Shown piece by piece: positions 23,791-36,460 of a stretch of DNA of 64,000 nt (its first letter is position 1; every line of letters starts with the position of its first letter). A program made the position numbers and the translations under genes. A model generated the notes under the pieces. That model was given only the letters and a program-made list of their open reading frames with translations. It made no database searches and was not told where the DNA came from. This DNA comes from Macrostomum hystrix (lineage: Eukaryota; Animalia; Platyhelminthes), in NCBI GenBank assembly GCA_950097015.1, contig CATNEN010000005.1, positions 2,294,001 to 2,358,000 on the forward strand. The letters are read 5' to 3'.

Positions 23791-24429
23791 TACATCCTAA
23801 ATTGAAGAGATGTAAAGAAACATTAACTAAAACACGCCTATAACTTTATTAAAAATTGTCGCGCTTGCAGCATCCCCTCTGCCTTTCTCTTCGTCATTCA
23901 ATTTAGGAAATTGGACGAATTATTTTGTTGTTTTTGTTGCTCTTTTGTTCAGGAAATCATCCAACCCATTCGTTAGCATCAAAACTGTGTGTACCTGCAC
24001 TTTAATCATTCTTAGTTTGTAAAAATCCTTGCATCTGTATGTCTGTCCATTTTTTGTGCGCTTATTTGCGAACAAATATTATATTTTTAATTCTAAATTG
24101 TACTTTTAGCGTGAAAAGTCCTTTGTTAATGAGAAAAATTGGTTTATGATTCCGAATTTAACTGCACGGTAAATTTTTATTTAAATAACATTTTTAAATA
24201 GCATAATTGTTAAGGTTATATTGAAAAATCGATATAGTTTTATTGCTCCGTTTCGCTTAAGGTTGGTATTGGTATAAGTTCAGATTAATAAAAAGTACAT
24301 CTTTATGTCCGATTATTGTGTTATAAGCTGAAAACAGGAAAAATATTGGTTCTGCTTGTCTTTGTTTTTATAAAGGAGTTAAATATATTATTTGCTGTTT
24401 AGATGTTCAGAGATGAATTTGAGACATTC

Positions 24430-27400
24430 TCGAAATCTTATTCGGTGAAGTTATTAGATTCTTAAAATCTCATGCGGCAAAGTTAGATTCTCAAAAATCT
24501 CATGCGGAAAAGTTAGATTCTCAAAATCTCATCCGGTAAAGTTAGATTCTCAAAATCTCACGCGGTAAAGTTTGATTCTCAAAATCTCATGCGGCAAAGT
24601 TAGACTCAAAATCTCACGCGGTTAAGTTATTAGATACTTAAAGTCTCATCCGAGAAGGTTACTAGATTCTCAAAATCTCACGCCGTAAAGTTAGATTCTC
24701 AAAATCTCATCCGGTAAAGTTAGATTCTCAAAATCTCACGCGGTGAAGTCATTAGATACTTAAAATCTCATGCGAAAAGGTTCTAGATTCTCAAAATCTC
24801 ATGCGGCAAAGTTAGACTCTCGAAATCTCACGCGGTTAAGTTATTAGATACTTAAAGTCTCATCCGAGAAGGTTACTAGATTCTCAAAATTTCACGCGGT
24901 AAAGTTAGATTCTCAAAATCTCACGCGGTGAGGTTTTTGTATTCTCAAAATCTCACGCAGTGAAGTCATTAGATACTTAAAGTCTCATCCGAGAAGGTTA
25001 CTAGATTCTTAAAATCTCACGCGGTAAAGTTAGATTCTCAAAATCTCATCCGGTAAAGTTAGATTCTCAAAATCTCACGCGGTGAAGTCATTAGATACTT
25101 AAAATCTCATGCGAAAAGGTTCTAGATTCTCAAAATCTCACGCGGAAAAGTTAGATTCTCAAAATCTCACTCGGTAAAGTTAGATTCTCAAAATCTCACG
25201 CGGTAAAGTTAGACTCAAAATCTCACGCGGTTAAGTTATTAGATACTTAAAGTCTCATCCGAGAAGGTTACTAGATTCTCAGAATCTCACGCGGTTAAGT
25301 TATTAGATACTTAAAGTCTCATCCGAGAAGGTTACTAGATTCTCAGAATCTCACGCGGAAAAGTTAGATTCTCAAAATCTCATCCGGAAAAGTTAGATTC
25401 TCGAAATCTCACGCGGTTAAGTTAGATTCTCAAAATCTCACGCGGCAAAGTTAGGTTCTCAAAATCTCACACGGCAAAGTTAGGTTCTCAAAATCTCACA
25501 CGGCAAAGTTAGATTCTCACAATTTCATGCGGCAAAGTTAGATTCTCAAAATCTCACGCGGTTAAGTTATTAGATACTTAAAGTCTCATCCGAGAAGGTT
25601 ACTAGATTCTCAGAATCTCACGCGGAAAAGTTAGATTCTCAAAATCTCATCCGGTAAAGTTAGATTCTCGAAATCTCACGCGGTAAAGTTAGATTCTCAA
25701 AATCTCATCCGGTAAAGTTAGATTCTCGAAATCTCACGCGGTTAAGTTAGATTCTCAAAATCTCACGCGGCAAAGTTAGGTTCTCAAAATCTCACACGGC
25801 AAAGTTAGGTTCTCAAAATCTCACACGGCAAAGTTAGATTCTCACAATTTCATGCGGCAAAGTTAGATTCTCAAAATCTCACGCGGTTAAGTTATTAGAT
25901 ACTTAAAGTCTCATCCGAGAAGGGTACTAGATTCTCAGAATCTCACGCGGAAAAGTTAGATTCTCAAAATCTCATCCGGTAAAGTTAGATTCTCGAAATC
26001 TCACGCGGTTAAGTTAGATTCTCAAAATCTCACGCGGCAAAGTTAGGTTCTCAAAATCTCACACGGCAAAGTTAGGTTCTCAAAATCTCACACGGCAAAG
26101 TTAGATTCTCACAATTTCATGCGGCAAAGTTAGATTCTCAAAATCTCACGCGGTTAAGTTATTAGATACTTAAAGTCTCATCCGAGAAGGTTACTAGATT
26201 CTCAGAATCTCACGCGGAAAAGTTAGATTCTCAAAATCTCATCCGGTAAAGTTAGATTCTCGAAATCTCACGCGGTTAAGTTAGATTCTCAAAATCTCAC
26301 GCGGCAAAGTTAGGTTCTCAAAATCTCACACGGCAAAGTTAGGTTCTCAAAATCTCACACGGCAAAGTTAGATTCTCACAATTTCATGCGGCAAAGTTAG
26401 ATTCTCAAAATCTCACGCGGAAAAGTTAGATTCTCAAAATCTCACGCGGTAAAGTTGGATTCTCAAAATCTCACGCGGTAAAGTTAGACTCAAAATCTCA
26501 CGCGGTTAAGTTATTAGATACTTAAAGTCTCATCCGAGAAGGTTACTAGATTCTCAGAATCTCACGCGGTTAAGTTATTAGATACTTAAAGTCTCATCCG
26601 AGAAGGTTACTAGATTCTCAGAATCTCACGCGGAAAAGTTAGATTCTCAAAATCTCATCCGGAAAAGTTAGATTCTCGAAATCTCACGCGGTTAAGTTAG
26701 ATTCTCAAAATCTCACGCGGCAAAGTTAGGTTCTCAAAATCTCACACGGCAAAGTTAGGTTCTCAAAATCTCACACGGCAAAGTTAGATTCTCACAATTT
26801 CATGCGGCAAAGTTAGATTCTCAAAATCTCATGCGGTTAAGTTATTAGATACTTAAAGTCTCATCCGAGAAGGTTACTAGATTCTCGAAATCTCACGCGG
26901 TAAAGTTAGATTCTCAAAATCTCATCCGGTAAAGTTAGATTCTCGAAATCTCACGCGGTTAAGTTAGATTCTCAAAATCTCACGCGGCAAAGTTAGGTTC
27001 TCAAAATCTCACACGGCAAAGTTAGGTTCTCAAAATCTCGCACGGCAAAGTTAGATTCTCACAATTTCATGCGGCAAAGTTAGATTCTCAAAATCTCACG
27101 CGGTTAAGTTATTAGATACTTAAAGTCTCATCCGAGAAGGTTACTAGATTCTCAGAATCTCACGCGGAAAAGTTAGATTCTCAAAATCTCATCCGGTAAA
27201 GTTAGATTCTCGAAATCTCACGCGGTAAAGTTAGATTCTCAAAATCTCATCCGGCAAAGTTAGACTCTCAAAATCTCACGCAGTGAAGTCATTAGATACT
27301 TAAAATCTCATGCGAGAAGGTTCTAGATTCTCAAAATCTCACGCGGTAAAGTTAGATTCTCAAAATGTCACGCGGTAAAGTTAGATTCTCAAAATCTGAC

Positions 27401-27430
27401 GCGGTGAGGTTATATTAGATTCTCGAAATG
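24430..27430. repeat. 29-bp minisatellite (AGTTAGATTCTCAAAATCTCACGCGGTAA) with ~267-bp higher-order repeat
   Basis: About 100 units; diagnostic variant ACAATTTCATGCGG at 25519, 25844, 26111, 26378, 26794, 27061. Confidence 0.95.
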
Positions 27431-27812
27431 TCATGTCTTAGTGGAATTTACACCGTAGCTTTTCAATCTATTTTGTATTGTCAACTAAGCTATGAGTTTC
27501 GTGTCCACAACCTCATTAAAGTGCATTGTCTATGGTCAGATCGGCCAGGCGGCCCCGACCCCGCTGCAATCAGTTGGGCATACAGCAGATTAATGCTATA
27601 GTTGTGTATTTTATTCTAGCTTTGGCTTTAGCCACCAGATTGTTGTTATCAGAGATTAGAGAAAGCTAAATAGCTTCCGCGACACAGATTAATAGGACAT
27701 TTAGTTAAACTGTGTCGAGTGATGTAGTTTATTAAAGTTCGTTTCTAGACTTAACATTTGTTGTAAAACGTAGTTCAAAACAGAAGATAGAGATATCACG
27801 ATAGACGCAAGC

Positions 27813-29953
27813 ATGGAAGAAACGATCGCTTATCAGCATCATCAGCAGCAGCAGCAGTCGTCTCAGACAGCAGCCGGTACAGTGGCATGTGCAGTTGACG
27901 CATCTTCATCTGCGTTGTCCGTCACAATGTCGACGACTAATACGGCAGCCGCCGCCGCCGCGGCACTTCCGACGTCGAACTGCTGCGACTGTCAGCTGTG
28001 CCAAGCTCGCGACCTCATGGCCTGGGCCCGTCAGGCTGCCCGCACCAGCGCCTTCTGTGCCAGCTACGCCGCGGTCATGCTGCCCACGCACCAGCCGCCG
28101 GCTGAAGGCCTGTATCCCATCCAGAATCCGTCCACAGCCGGCCTAGCTGCCGAGATTCAGCATCAGCATCATCCGCATCTGCATCATCCACAACAGCCGG
28201 CGCCACCACGGCCCCCACTGCCGCCGCAGCCGCAGCAGCCACCGCCGCCGCCGCAGCAGCTTCAGCAGCATCAGCATCATCAGCAGCAACATGAAATGTA
28301 TGACTACGTCTCGGTACCGAGACCAGGCTATCACCAGCAGCATCAGCAGCACAACCAGTACATGCAGCAGCACCAACAATGCGGCGATGACTGCAGCTCC
28401 GTTAGTCCAATCAGCCTTAGCGACCTTTCAGCCGGCTGCTGCCTGACTAGCCACCCAGTTACGTCAGTTGAGCCTGATTATCCAGCCGCATACATTTCTG
28501 ACGACGGCATCGCTCATCTGCGCCTTAACAAGCACATCGCATTGGAAGTATCCGACTCAGCCATTCGGATTATCAACAATAGGAATAATTCAGCGCTGGC
28601 TGTGAGCAGCGCCGCCACCATCGGTTCGCTGTATCACTACAATTGTCGAGGTTGGTTTGACACCGGAGCTCAACGTGTCATGCTGGCCTTCGATCGAGAC
28701 TGCGACCTGGTGCTGCGCGCACCGAATCGGCCCTTCGTGGTGCGCAAAGGTCGCGAATATTTCCGACTAACCCAAACGGGCATCAACTGCGCCAAGGAGG
28801 AGAACATCTACATCGCCCCGGAGGACCAGACACATCAGCGTTTGTTGCGGCGAAATACAGACGAACACTTTCAGCTGCTTGTGTCTGAAATGGTCAAAGG
28901 CTCGAAAGTCTGTCGCGACGCGAGCGGGGCGATTAATCGTGAGTTAATTAAAATATGATAGTAAATACTCAAATTGACACTAACGGACTGGGTATTATTT
29001 ATTAGAAAGTCCTAGACTGTACACTTGATTCTAAAAATAGAAACAGTGTATTTGACGTCATTAGAAATAAATATGACGTAGGTGTTTTTTTCAAAAATAG
29101 CAGCAATGTACTCAGTTATGTAAGCATTCTATTTAATTCAGATCAGACGATAAATTTCGGAACACTCGATTCTTCTCCACATGAAAAACTCTTTGTCGAA
29201 TTAAAATTTCAGTTGACCTTTGTTCGGTTCGCGCCGAACTGCAAGCCACGGGCGAGCTGCGGGTTTGGTGGACAGGACCGGATCGATTTGTGAACCAGAT
29301 GATTGTTTCACCTACTTCGGGCGCCTTCACACTGATCACAAATTCAATGGAGATTGTTAACACGCCAAAGTGCGAAGTGACTGTGAAATTCGGTTGCGTC
29401 TCCATTCTGTTAGGGTGAGATTAATTAAATACGCGAATTTTTTTTAGCTGTTTTTATTGGCTCATTATTTACTCTGATTGGCTCGCTCTGATTGGCTCGC
29501 TCTGATTGGCTCGCTCTGATTGGCTCGCTCTGATTGGCTCGCTCTGATTGGCTCATACTGTACCGGGGCTGCTCTGATTGGCTCATACTGTACCGGGGCT
29601 GCTCTGATTGGCTCATACTGTACCGGGGCTGCTCTTATTGGCTCATACTGTACCGGGGCTGCTCTGATTGGCTCATCCTGAGTTTCGTTGGCTTATCAAT
29701 TAGACTTAAAGCGTTATAAGTGCACGACTTATCCGTAGAAATTTAGTGTACGAATCCGATGCTCCTTAACTGAAAAAAGTGTTACGAAATTACTTTTTCC
29801 TAATTAAACAAGTGCAATAATTGTCCTTAGGCAGCGCCAATTGCACATGTCAAACGGTGTCAAAAACTGCACAAGAGATATCTATGCAGCGGACACTTTC
29901 GGTTGGGGCTGCTTTCCATCGGACTACTACGGCATGGCTGGCGCTTGCATCCA

Positions 29954-29999
<46 letters not shown>

Positions 30000-30677
30000 T
30001 CTGTTCAGATAGGCAAGCATCATCAGCAGCCGCAGCATCAGCCGCATCATTCATATCACTATCAGCATCAGCACCAGCAACAGGTAGTGGCTTGTTTTTT
30101 TTTAGTTCGCAAAATAGGCCGAGTTTTTCTACGATGTCAGACCACGGAGACCTTTGTTTCCCAGTTTTCCCAGCTGTGGCTGCCTCCCAGGAAATTAATT
30201 TTTGGGCGCAGCGGCGGAGAAAAGGCTTTGGGGGCTGTGTGCCTGTGTATCATATCCGTGGGCAAATTTTAGCACCTCAAATTCGGACTGAAAATACCCA
30301 GAACCACATCGCATCCCATTGTCAAGCAGCAGCATCGCTTCGACTATTCAACATTCGAGGACACAGAAGACGATGCTCCTGCTTGGTTCATTAGACAACA
30401 GCAGGCTAGAAGGAACGAACAGCAGCAGCAGCAGCAGCACTATCCGTACTATTATCAAAGACATCGCAGTGATAACCTCTCAGAGCACAATGCCAGTGAG
30501 TACAGCGCCAAAATGGCTTACTCGTCGAGTTCAGCAGCAGCGGCGGCATCAGCGGCTTCAGTGCCAGACTTGGCAGCATCAGATGACGGCAAGATGTTGG
30601 CTATGATGACAGCGACAACAACTACCGCTACGGAGACTTGCGACTCCACTGAAGAGGAGGATCTGTTTGGTTTGTAA
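27813..30677 (+). CDS. Uncharacterised 661-aa protein: Q/H/P-rich N-terminus, ~270-aa beta-strand-rich domain, polyQ and acidic C-terminus; exons 27813..28938, 29213..29414, 29831..30083, 30273..30677
   Basis: GT-AG introns with matching phases (1,2,0); CDS 1986 nt, open to TAA 30677; ordered region YISDDGIAHLRLNKHIALEVSDSAIRIINN...VKFGCVSILLGQRQLHMSNGVKNC. Confidence 0.8.
29472..29680. repeat. Compound 14-bp (x5) and 30-bp (x4) repeat with a CCAAT box in every unit
   Basis: CTCTGATTGGCTCG x5, then CTCTGATTGGCTCATACTGTACCGGGGCTG x4 plus a partial unit. Confidence 0.95.
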
Positions 30678-30974
30678 AATAGATTTCTACAGCTAATCAA
30701 ACAACAAAGCATAGTCCAAGCTGAAAATTTTCTGGTATCGCAATTAGATCTTATGTCGAATCGATTCGTATAGCCTATTTTGTTCGATCTAAATGGCTAT
30801 TCTAGTGTGGTGAGTTTTGCCAGATTAACATCTTGAGTATCTATCTAATGCGCCATGTTTTTCTCAAGTGATATTGTGTACCGTTTATTGACTCATGAAC
30901 TTCATCAGTGAGAGATCGTTGATAGATATAAATCGATTGGCATCCCGTCAATGGGATTTCGTTAATCCTAATGC

Positions 30975-31315
30975 TAATCTTTATCTGTCACTGCTTCCAT
31001 CTTCATCTGTCACTCTTTTCATCTTCATCTGTCACTCCCACCGTCTTTATCTGTCACTCCTTCTATCTCCATCTGTCACTCCTTCTATCTCCATCTGTCA
31101 CTCTCTTTATCTTCATCTGTCACTCTCTCCATCTTCATCTGTCACTCACTCAACTCCGTCTTTATTTGTCACTCTCTCTATCTTCATCTGTCACTGCTTC
31201 CATCTTCATCTGTCAGTCTCTCCATCTTCAACTGTCACTCTCTCCATCTTCATCTGTCACTGCCTCCGTCTTTATCTGTCACTCCCTTTATCTCAATCTG
31301 TCACCCCACTTTGAC
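30975..31315. repeat. Degenerate pyrimidine-rich ~21-24 bp repeat (CTGTCACTCTCTCCATCTTCAT)
   Basis: Recurrent ATCTGTCACT at irregular spacing. Confidence 0.8.
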
Positions 31316-31754
31316 TGCTACTCTGCCACTCACATAGCAAAGGTTCGCTTCTGAAATTTAAAGCAAATTCGAACGATACAGATCACTAGAGTCACACGAT
31401 AGACTAGTTTCCGCTGATGGAAAATATTAAAACAAATCAAAATGGTCCTCTGCTTACAGAAATTAGTATGCGAAGACTTTTGAAAAAAAGCGAATAAAAA
31501 GTTGCTTGCTGAGAGAATGGTCTCGTATTTTTCCCATTGTGCTCAATTTGGCTTTATCTTGGGCCGACTTCAGTTTCAAAATTTCTTATCTTCATTAGAA
31601 CACTGTGATTTGAATCTATTAGAAATACATGCAATCAAATATATTGACGTAAAATTCGTGGAAACATGATTATGCTTTATTATCAAAGTTCAAATTTTCA
31701 TATTTTTTCTATTCTATTTTTAGAGTATACTTTTCAGATAAATCTACTTGTACT

Positions 31755-32470
31755 GCTGAGGAGAGAAGAGAGGAGAAGGGGGAGAGGGTGAGAGGGAGGG
31801 AGAGGGAGAGAAGGAGATTAAGAAGGAGACATGGAGATAATTAGGAGACAGGGAGATCTTTAAATGTTAAGTCCAAAGCTAAGTCCAAAGGTTTAGCTTC
31901 AGCAGGCAGGGGGATCCCTTATCAGGGAGTGATAAGGAGACAGGGAGATAAGGAGACAGGGAGATAAGGAGACAGGGAGATAAGGAGACAGGGAGATAAG
32001 GAGACAGATAAGGAGACAGGGAGATAAGGAGACAGGGAGATAAGGAGACAGGGAGATAAGGAGACAGGGGGATCAGGAGACAGGGAGATAAGGAGACAGG
32101 GAGATAAGGAGACAGGGAGATAAGGAGACAGGGAGATAAGGAGACAGGGAGATAAGGAGACAGGGAGATAAGGAGACAGGGAGATAAGGAGACGGGGAAA
32201 TAAGGAGACAGGGAGATAAGGAGACAGGGAGATAAGGAGACAGGGAGATAAGGAGACAGGGAGATAAGGAGACGGGGAAATAAGGAGACAGGGAGATAAG
32301 GAGACAGGGAGATAAGGAGACAGGGAGATAAGGAGACAGGGAGAGATTTGGAGTGGGAGAAAGTGATGCATGGAGAGAGGAGGAAAGGGAGAGAATGAGA
32401 GAAGAGAGAGAATAAGGGAGAAAGGAGAGAAGAGAAGAAAGAAAGAAGAGAAGAAAGGGAGAGAAGGAGC
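31755..32470. repeat. 16-bp purine-rich minisatellite (GGAGACAGGGAGATAA) with GA-rich flanks
   Basis: About 25 near-perfect units at 31930-32340. Confidence 0.93.
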
Positions 32471-33743
32471 ATGTACAGAGTACAGCATTTGTGAGTCTTC
32501 TGCAGTACCGTGACTAGGTGCAAAGCCCAATAATTTTTATTCAAAATAAAAAATAAAAATCTGCAAGCGAGACAGTTTTTCATCACATTGTCAAGTGCGT
32601 AGATTTAGTAGATAGCTGCGCATTTTAAGTAATCATGTATTTATGAGTATAGAAATAAATATTCTATGGATTGAACCCGTTCGTAAGCAGTCAATTATAA
32701 TTTTCTGGCATGGAAGTGACATATGGTTGGTGGCTTTAAAAAAACTTTCTAGTTGTCATGGAAGTTCAATCGGTTGTTACGAGTACATAATATGAACCAT
32801 AGAGAATTATTAGATTACTACTTTAGACAGATATCAAGAAGGGAAAAGTTGTCTATTTCAATTACTTAATTGAGACTACGAAAAAAACTATATGGGTCGT
32901 ACATAAAAATCTATTTTGGATATGATGGCGCTATATAAAACGTGACAGTGGTGAGAATATGGTGTGTCATATTTTAAGTTTTGAATGTTTCACAGAAGTT
33001 GTCTTTGTTTATGAAATCAACTCTTGAAATGGGCAAATCTCTCAAAATAATTTTAGGAAGATTTTAAAATTTGCGCTAACATGTTTATTCAGTACTATAT
33101 ATATTACTGATAGTAGTTTTACTTAGTTGACCAATTGGCTCACGAATATAAATATAATTTAAGGGGAATAGAAAATGATAAAAAAACTTTCCAGGCTATA
33201 TACTACACCGATGGCTAAAGCAGTTTGATGGCAAAGTGACGTTTGTCGTAGACGAAGACTTTGATTTTCGCTAATGAGTGTTAGCAAACAAAATTCATAA
33301 TCATTATTAATGACAGCGTCAACAGAAAAAGTCAAACTCGTTTAGGAAAAATAAACAGCATCAGGGAATTTTTTCATGGACATGGTTTTGATTATGCAAA
33401 GATCTGGATTCTAAGCGTGAGAATTTGATAACGTGATTAAAAGTTTAAGACTTCTATCACGATTCGAACCACCGACTTGTTTAACTAAAAGGAATCGTAA
33501 TGAGCGGGCTTCCCTCAAAAGCTAAAAATAGCCAATTCTAAAAATAGCCTCATACCGAACCTGGATGGACCAATAAAAGCCGTTACAGCGAGAGTTGATC
33601 AAGGACAAAGTTCAGTTCATTATGCGCTTCACAGGGAGTTAGTGTAATCCATGTTAACAGGCGAATATGCGCTAATTAGATTGTAAATATATATTAAGCC
33701 TGTACAACACAAATTGTCCCACTTCGTCTCGTGTGACGTGACG

Positions 33744-34741
33744 TCATCGACGTCGCAGATCCAGTCGAATAATGCGTAAAAAAGTCTTTTTAAACTGGGC
33801 ATTCGCGAGGGCGTAGCAGAATGGATTGATCGGGCTATTCATATAGCAGAGCCAATAGCCCAGGTTGTACAGGTGATCGTTCAAACAGTTGCCTTTACAG
33901 AGACTCTTGATTAGTATGAACACGTGATAGGGCGTCCAGCAGGCTACGAAGGCGCCGAGAATGAGACTGATTGTCTTGAGCGCCTTTCTGGCTCGATTCT
34001 CAGTTCGCGACTGTTTCTTGGCGGCTTTGGCCACCGGCTTGCCGCCATTGCGCTCGCCGACGCGTCTGCGCAATCGTCTGGTGGCGTCGCGAAGATATCT
34101 AGTCACGTGGCGAACGACTCGTTGACTCCTGCCGGTTGGAGCAGATTCATCAGCCTGCTGTTCAATGATGGTTAGTTCGCAACTGTTGTTATTGGCTGGC
34201 AGTTCAACAACTGACGTCACAATTCGATCTGCCATCAGTGCCTCGGTAGCGGCAGCGGCTGCGCTAACAGCAGCAGCCGACTCCGACTCCTCAGTTAAGA
34301 TCGTCGATTCGATGACATTTCCACGACAGTCTAATACCGGCTGGAAGGATGTTCGACGCTTCCAGATTGGCGAGCCACCGACGCCGCCGCTACCGCCGAC
34401 GCCGACCCCGTCCTGACTTCCGGCGACGTGATTCTGCGGCTGGCGCCACCACCGTTTCGGCAGCAGTTCAACAAGCAGGCGCATCGAGTCGATTGACGGA
34501 TTCGATCGAATGCTGTCCTCGTCGATGTACCGCAGGCCTTCGAACTGGTCGGATGGCGCGCACAGAGAGTATGGCGGCGGCTGCTGCTGCTGCTGCTCGC
34601 TATCGGAGCACGTCTGTTGTACAGGAACAGTAAAGTGGACAATAGCGAGGCTGCCGTTTATGTCTAATGCAGGATTCTCGTAGCTCAAACCACTTGCAGT
34701 GTGATAGTCAGAGTCGCTGGAAGCGTTCATTGTCATGCCTC

Positions 34742-34773
<32 letters not shown>

Positions 34774-36191
34774 AGCTCTTGCTGCTGATGCCTCGGCAGA
34801 GGTGGCGGTGGAGTTTCCACTAGCACTGGACTGTGAATGGCCGACAAAGGCGGATTCGCCAGCCCGATGGGCTTCGGGATCTTGTTTGCCTGCCTTTGCT
34901 GCTGTTTTTTATAGTGATGCTGCTGCTGCTGCTGCTGTTGCTGTTGCTGGTGTGGCTTCTTCTTCGGCTGCTTATGTTGCTGATGGTGATGATTAGATCC
35001 CGAGGCACAGTCTTGACCAGTGTCCGAGTCAGACGGGAGAACTGGCGAGCTCGATCTGTCCTCGTCTCCCGAGCTGTTTAGAGCTCGCGCCCCGCCTGCG
35101 CCTCTCGGATGCTGCCTCTGCCGCTGAAGCTGCTGTTGCTGCTGCTGATGCTGCTGCAGCTTCTTGCGCTCTCGTTTAGACATCTTTCTGTCGCTTGCAA
35201 AGCCAGGAACTCCGGCAACGCCATCTTTTTTGCTCTGCGTAGCGGCTTTGGATCTTGGCGGCATCAGGGGATCGTTCGGACCCACATCGTCCGCGTCCAA
35301 GCCTACGGCGCCACCGAGACCGCCTCCTGAGCAAGTGGCAGCCGACACTGACGTCGTCACCGCTGCCGACCTACCTCCGCCTCCACCACCGCCGCCAGCA
35401 CCGCCGCCTCCGCCGCCACCTCCGGCTCCGCCACCAGCAGACGACAGTGTAATTAAATTGTTGACTTTCTGTCGTTTAGCTTCGGACTTTCTGGCCAATT
35501 GCAGAGCCACCCGGTAGATGCCAATGTACAGGCCGATCATTACCGCGAGCGTCACCCAGAAGTAGCAGATGGTCAGCACTGTGTTGTACACTGGATCCAC
35601 AGAGAACTCCGCGTAGCATTCCGTGACATTCCGCTGACTGTTGGCTACGTAGGGCCAGGCAAATATTGGCGGCACGAACAGCATGGCTGGTAGGACCCAA
35701 GTGGCTGCCACCATGACTTGAACTTTGCGTTCGCTGCGCCACTTGCGGTACTTGGCAGGTATTTTCACTGAGCAGAAGCGATCCACGGTGATGCAGAACA
35801 CTGTGTACTGCGAAGTCAAGCAGGCTGTATAGTCCAGCGATAACCACAGATCGCAGACAATCCTACCCAATGGCCATTTACCCAACAGCAGGTAGAGAGT
35901 GTACAAGTTCATGCTGAACATGCCAATCAACAGGTCGGTGATGGCCAGCGACGCTATGAAATAATTTGTCGCGCTTCGAAGCTGACGCTCGACAAAGAAT
36001 GCCGTCACCACTAGCAGGTTGCCGACCACTGTCACAAAGCTGGCTATAGACGCTAGCAGGCCGAGAAATACAGTCAGCGGAGGCGAGTAGGGCAAGCCGA
36101 CGGTGGCGCCGCTGCCAGACTGATTTGTCGGCGCTGATGTGGCATTCAATATTGCCGCCGCGGCCGCCGTCGTCAATTGGACGGCAGTCAT
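33744..36191 (-). CDS. mAChR-B: Muscarinic acetylcholine receptor, B-type-like (class A GPCR), 815 aa, intronless CDS
   Basis: GNLLV, TNYFIASLAITDLLIG, WLSLDY (Asp3.32), SQYTVFCITVDRFCSVK, very long Q/G-rich ICL3, RARKALKTISLILGAFVACWTPYH, NSPINPFCY. Confidence 0.93.
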
Positions 36192-36310
36192 GCCTTGGCG
36201 GTTCGAGTCAGTCGAGTTGGTTTAATGGTGGTTCTATCCGTTTAATCTGCGGGAGAATGGCATAAAAGGTTTTCCTGATTCTACATGTTCAAATCATAGC
36301 AGCATGGAGA

Positions 36311-36460
36311 GTGAGTGGCAAAGTGGGTAAGTGGTGCCTTTCGCACCAAGGTGTCTAAGCTCGATTCCGCGGCGAGGCCACATTCATTTGAATGAGAAAG
36401 CTCGGGAGCCTCTGTTGTGGAAATGCACGCTCAATGCTTCGTGAGAGCATTAGCCGGAGC
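36311..36460 (+). mobile_element. tRNA-derived SINE family A, copy 2 (diverged)
   Basis: GTGAGTGGCAAAGTGGGTAA...TCGCACCAAGGT...GCTCGATTCCGCGGCGAGGCCACATTCATTTG aligns by eye with the reverse complement of 15300-15426. Confidence 0.65.

Noticed and set aside
33924-35847. Short ORFs overlapping the receptor, proteasome, START and polyQ genes in other frames or antisense
   Set aside because: Expected shadow ORFs of GC-rich, CAG-rich coding sequence.
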